Shown here: positions 27,001 through 30,000 of the stretch, one piece after another
Numbering within the stretch: the first letter of the stretch is position 1
How the letters are laid out: every line of letters begins with the position of its first letter
From: Desulfobacterales bacterium
GTDB taxonomy: Bacteria > Desulfobacterota > Desulfobacteria > Desulfobacterales > UBA2174
Assembly (NCBI GenBank): GCA_963668645.2
Contig: CAXXWC010000021.1
Span: 1,344,001 to 1,408,000 of the forward strand
Reading direction: 5' to 3'
DNA: 64,000 nucleotides
Translations under genes and position numbers: made by a program
The notes under the pieces: generated by a model
What the model saw: only the letters and a program-made list of their open reading frames with translations
The model's database searches: none
Told to the model about the DNA's origin: nothing

Positions 27001-30000
27001 CTGACCACTGATAAGGCCAAGTCGCTATAATCTTCACCAGCCAGCGTATTGATGAACTCGATGACAAAACCGGCGTTGCGATCCCCGTTCACGGTCACAT
27101 TACCAGCGCCGACCGCAGCGAACCCCTCGATGGCGATGGTCAGCGAATCGGCCAGAGCCGCATCACTCGTGCCGGAGCTCACCTCTACACTGCGTGTCTC
27201 TCCTCGCAGCGTGAACTTCAAGGTTCCGATCTGGATGTCGGTCTCCAGCAACAACTCGGTGTTGATCACCACCGGTGTGAGCACCGTCTCATCTTGGGCC
27301 GCAACCCCCGTCACTTCCTCGGTCACTGCCGCAGCCGCTTCAGGGCTTTGCGCACGGACCCGAAGACCGCTCAGGTCCTGCCCGAGAAGCGCATTGCTGA
27401 AAATGATGGTAAAGCCAGCGGCGCGCGTGCCTGCAACGTGGACGTTACCGGCGCCCACCCCGGCCAGACTCTCCAGTGCCTCGGTGAGTTTGGCGATCAA
27501 CGTCGTGCTCGTATCGGCCGCCGCCACGAAGACTTCAGACGATTGGCCATCAAGCTCGAAAACCAAGGTCCCGGCCGTCATGTCAGTTTCAAGCTTGAGT
27601 TGGGTCGCCGTCAACTCAGGTGCTTGAGCAACCGGCGCTCCGGCCGTGCCGACGTTCCGGTTGATTTCGATTGTCAGGGTGTCGGCTTGCACCGCCAGAC
27701 CGTTCACCCCAATGAAGGCCACCGATCCGACTTCGCTTTTCAACGCCATCCACTTGCGCGCCGGATTGGTCGAGTCAGTCATCAACGCCAGGACGAAATC
27801 GGCTTGTGCCAGATCAAATCCCAGCGCCTCGGAACTGCCGCCGTTCAAACCGGCAAAGGCCGAAACCGAATCTGCACCGATGGTGATCAGGTCCACCTGG
27901 ACTGGACTTCCATCCGAGAGTCTTACGGTAGTGCTGGAGCTGACGAAGGCAAAACTGCCCGTCGCCTGGAAGAAATTGGATAGCTCGATCGTCACCGTAC
28001 CGGATACCTGAATCAGTTTTCCGTCGGTACCGTCCATACTCAAGGCGACACTCTGACCGGGGCCTGTCAGCACATTCAGCGGCTGGGCGGCAAAATCGAC
28101 TACCAAACCATCCGCCGAGGCCAGATTGATCTGAACCCCGAAAGTGTCCACCGCCAGGGTCAACTCCGGCACCCCCACCACGGCGGCCTGGCCCACCGAT
28201 CCTTGCAGGGCCACCCAATTGCGCAACATCCCGGTCTGTTCAGCGATCAGGGCCAGCGCAAAATCCACATCGGATAGCTGCAATCCGACCGCATAATCCG
28301 TTCCCGCGTTGTAGCCCGCAAAAGCCGAAAGATCACTGCCGCCAACGGTCAACAGATCCACGGCGACGGTACTCGCATCCGCCAACGTCAAGCTGTCGCT
28401 ATCATGCCGGATAGCGAAATTGCCGGAGCCTGTCACGAACCCGCCCACGGCCACCGAAGCGTTGCCGACCGCAACCTCGAGCAGGGTTGATGAAGCCGCT
28501 ATATTAATAAAGGTATAATCGGCGTTGCCGGCACTGATTGCACTTCCCGTGTAGGCGACACCGGTTTCGTTCATGCGGACCGACACTGTGTCGGCGCTCA
28601 GCCCCACCGTATCACCCAGCTGCGCAAAAAGGCCTCCGCTGGCCTCGAACACCCGCCCGCTATCGGTTACGACCAGACCGAGAGAAGCATCTTCCACACC
28701 AACCGCAAAATCGCCGGCCCCCAAATAGGCCCGCGCATTTTGGGCGACCACATTCATCGTGGTTCCGTCGACCTGGAAACCGAAATCTCCTGCGATCTGC
28801 AGACCGCCGCCCAGATTCGCTTCAAGACCGGTAACCGAAACACTGCTCAAGGTTGTCGAAGCCGGCAGGCTGACAAAGGTGTACCGTACATCCCCCACCT
28901 CAACCGCCTGGCCGGTGTACTCGATGCCCGTGTTGTTATACCGGACCAATACCTCGCTGGCGGATACCGAGACAAATCCACCGCCAACAATGGAAAGCGC
29001 ACCTGATGCTTCCAGAGCGACCTTGCCGGTCGCATCGATCATCAAACCGAGATTGGCGCTGCTGACACCTACCGAGAAGGATCCCGCCCCCATGGCTACC
29101 GCCGCATCCGTAGCCACCGCCTTGACGACATCGCCTTCCTTGACAAAACCATAGTTGCCGCTGACGGCAAAGATCCCGCCAAATTCGGCATCCAGGCCCG
29201 TAATGTAAACCCCCCGGATCGTCGTCGACCCCGGCAGTTCCTCAAAGCCGAAATCGGCGCCGCCGGCAGAAATCGTCTGCCCGAGATACGGGATACCGGT
29301 CTCGTTTAAAAGCACCTTGACATCGTCGGCGCTGCAGGCAAATCCGGCGCCTTCCAGTACCAGGTCGCCGTCCACCTCCAACGCCTTTTGGCCGCCGCCC
29401 TCGATTACCAAGCCCAACGATCCGTTGGTGACGCCGACTTTAAAACCACCGGTGCTCAAAATCGCTTCGGCTGCAGCAGCGACAATCTTTACATCCGCAC
29501 CCGATTTTTCGACCTCGAAATTGCCGCCGATGGAGAACACACCACCGAATTCGGCCTTCAAGCCCATCAGCGAAACGCCCATCAAAGATTCGGACGCCGG
29601 CAAGGTACCGAAGGTGAAATCGACACCGCCGGCACCGATGGTCTGCCCGGTAAAGGCCTCGTTGGTGTTGTTGTAACGGACTTTGACTTCATCAGCCGTT
29701 ACCGAGGCAAAGCTGCCGCCGACGACCAGAAGCGTCCCCTTGGCCTCCAGCGCCGTTTTGCCGCTCTCGCGAATCACCAACCCGAGACTCGCAGCGGTCA
29801 CACCTGCGGAAAAATCCCCGGCCGCGATCCTGGCAAACGCATTTTCCGCAACCACATACACATCGGAGCCGCTCTTTTCGAAACCGAAGTTGCCGCCGAT
29901 GTTAAATACCTCTCCGAATAGCGCCTCAAAACCGAGCAGTGAAACACTCTTCAAACTCGACGATGCAGGAAGGTCGGCGAAAGTGTAATTGACATCTCCG

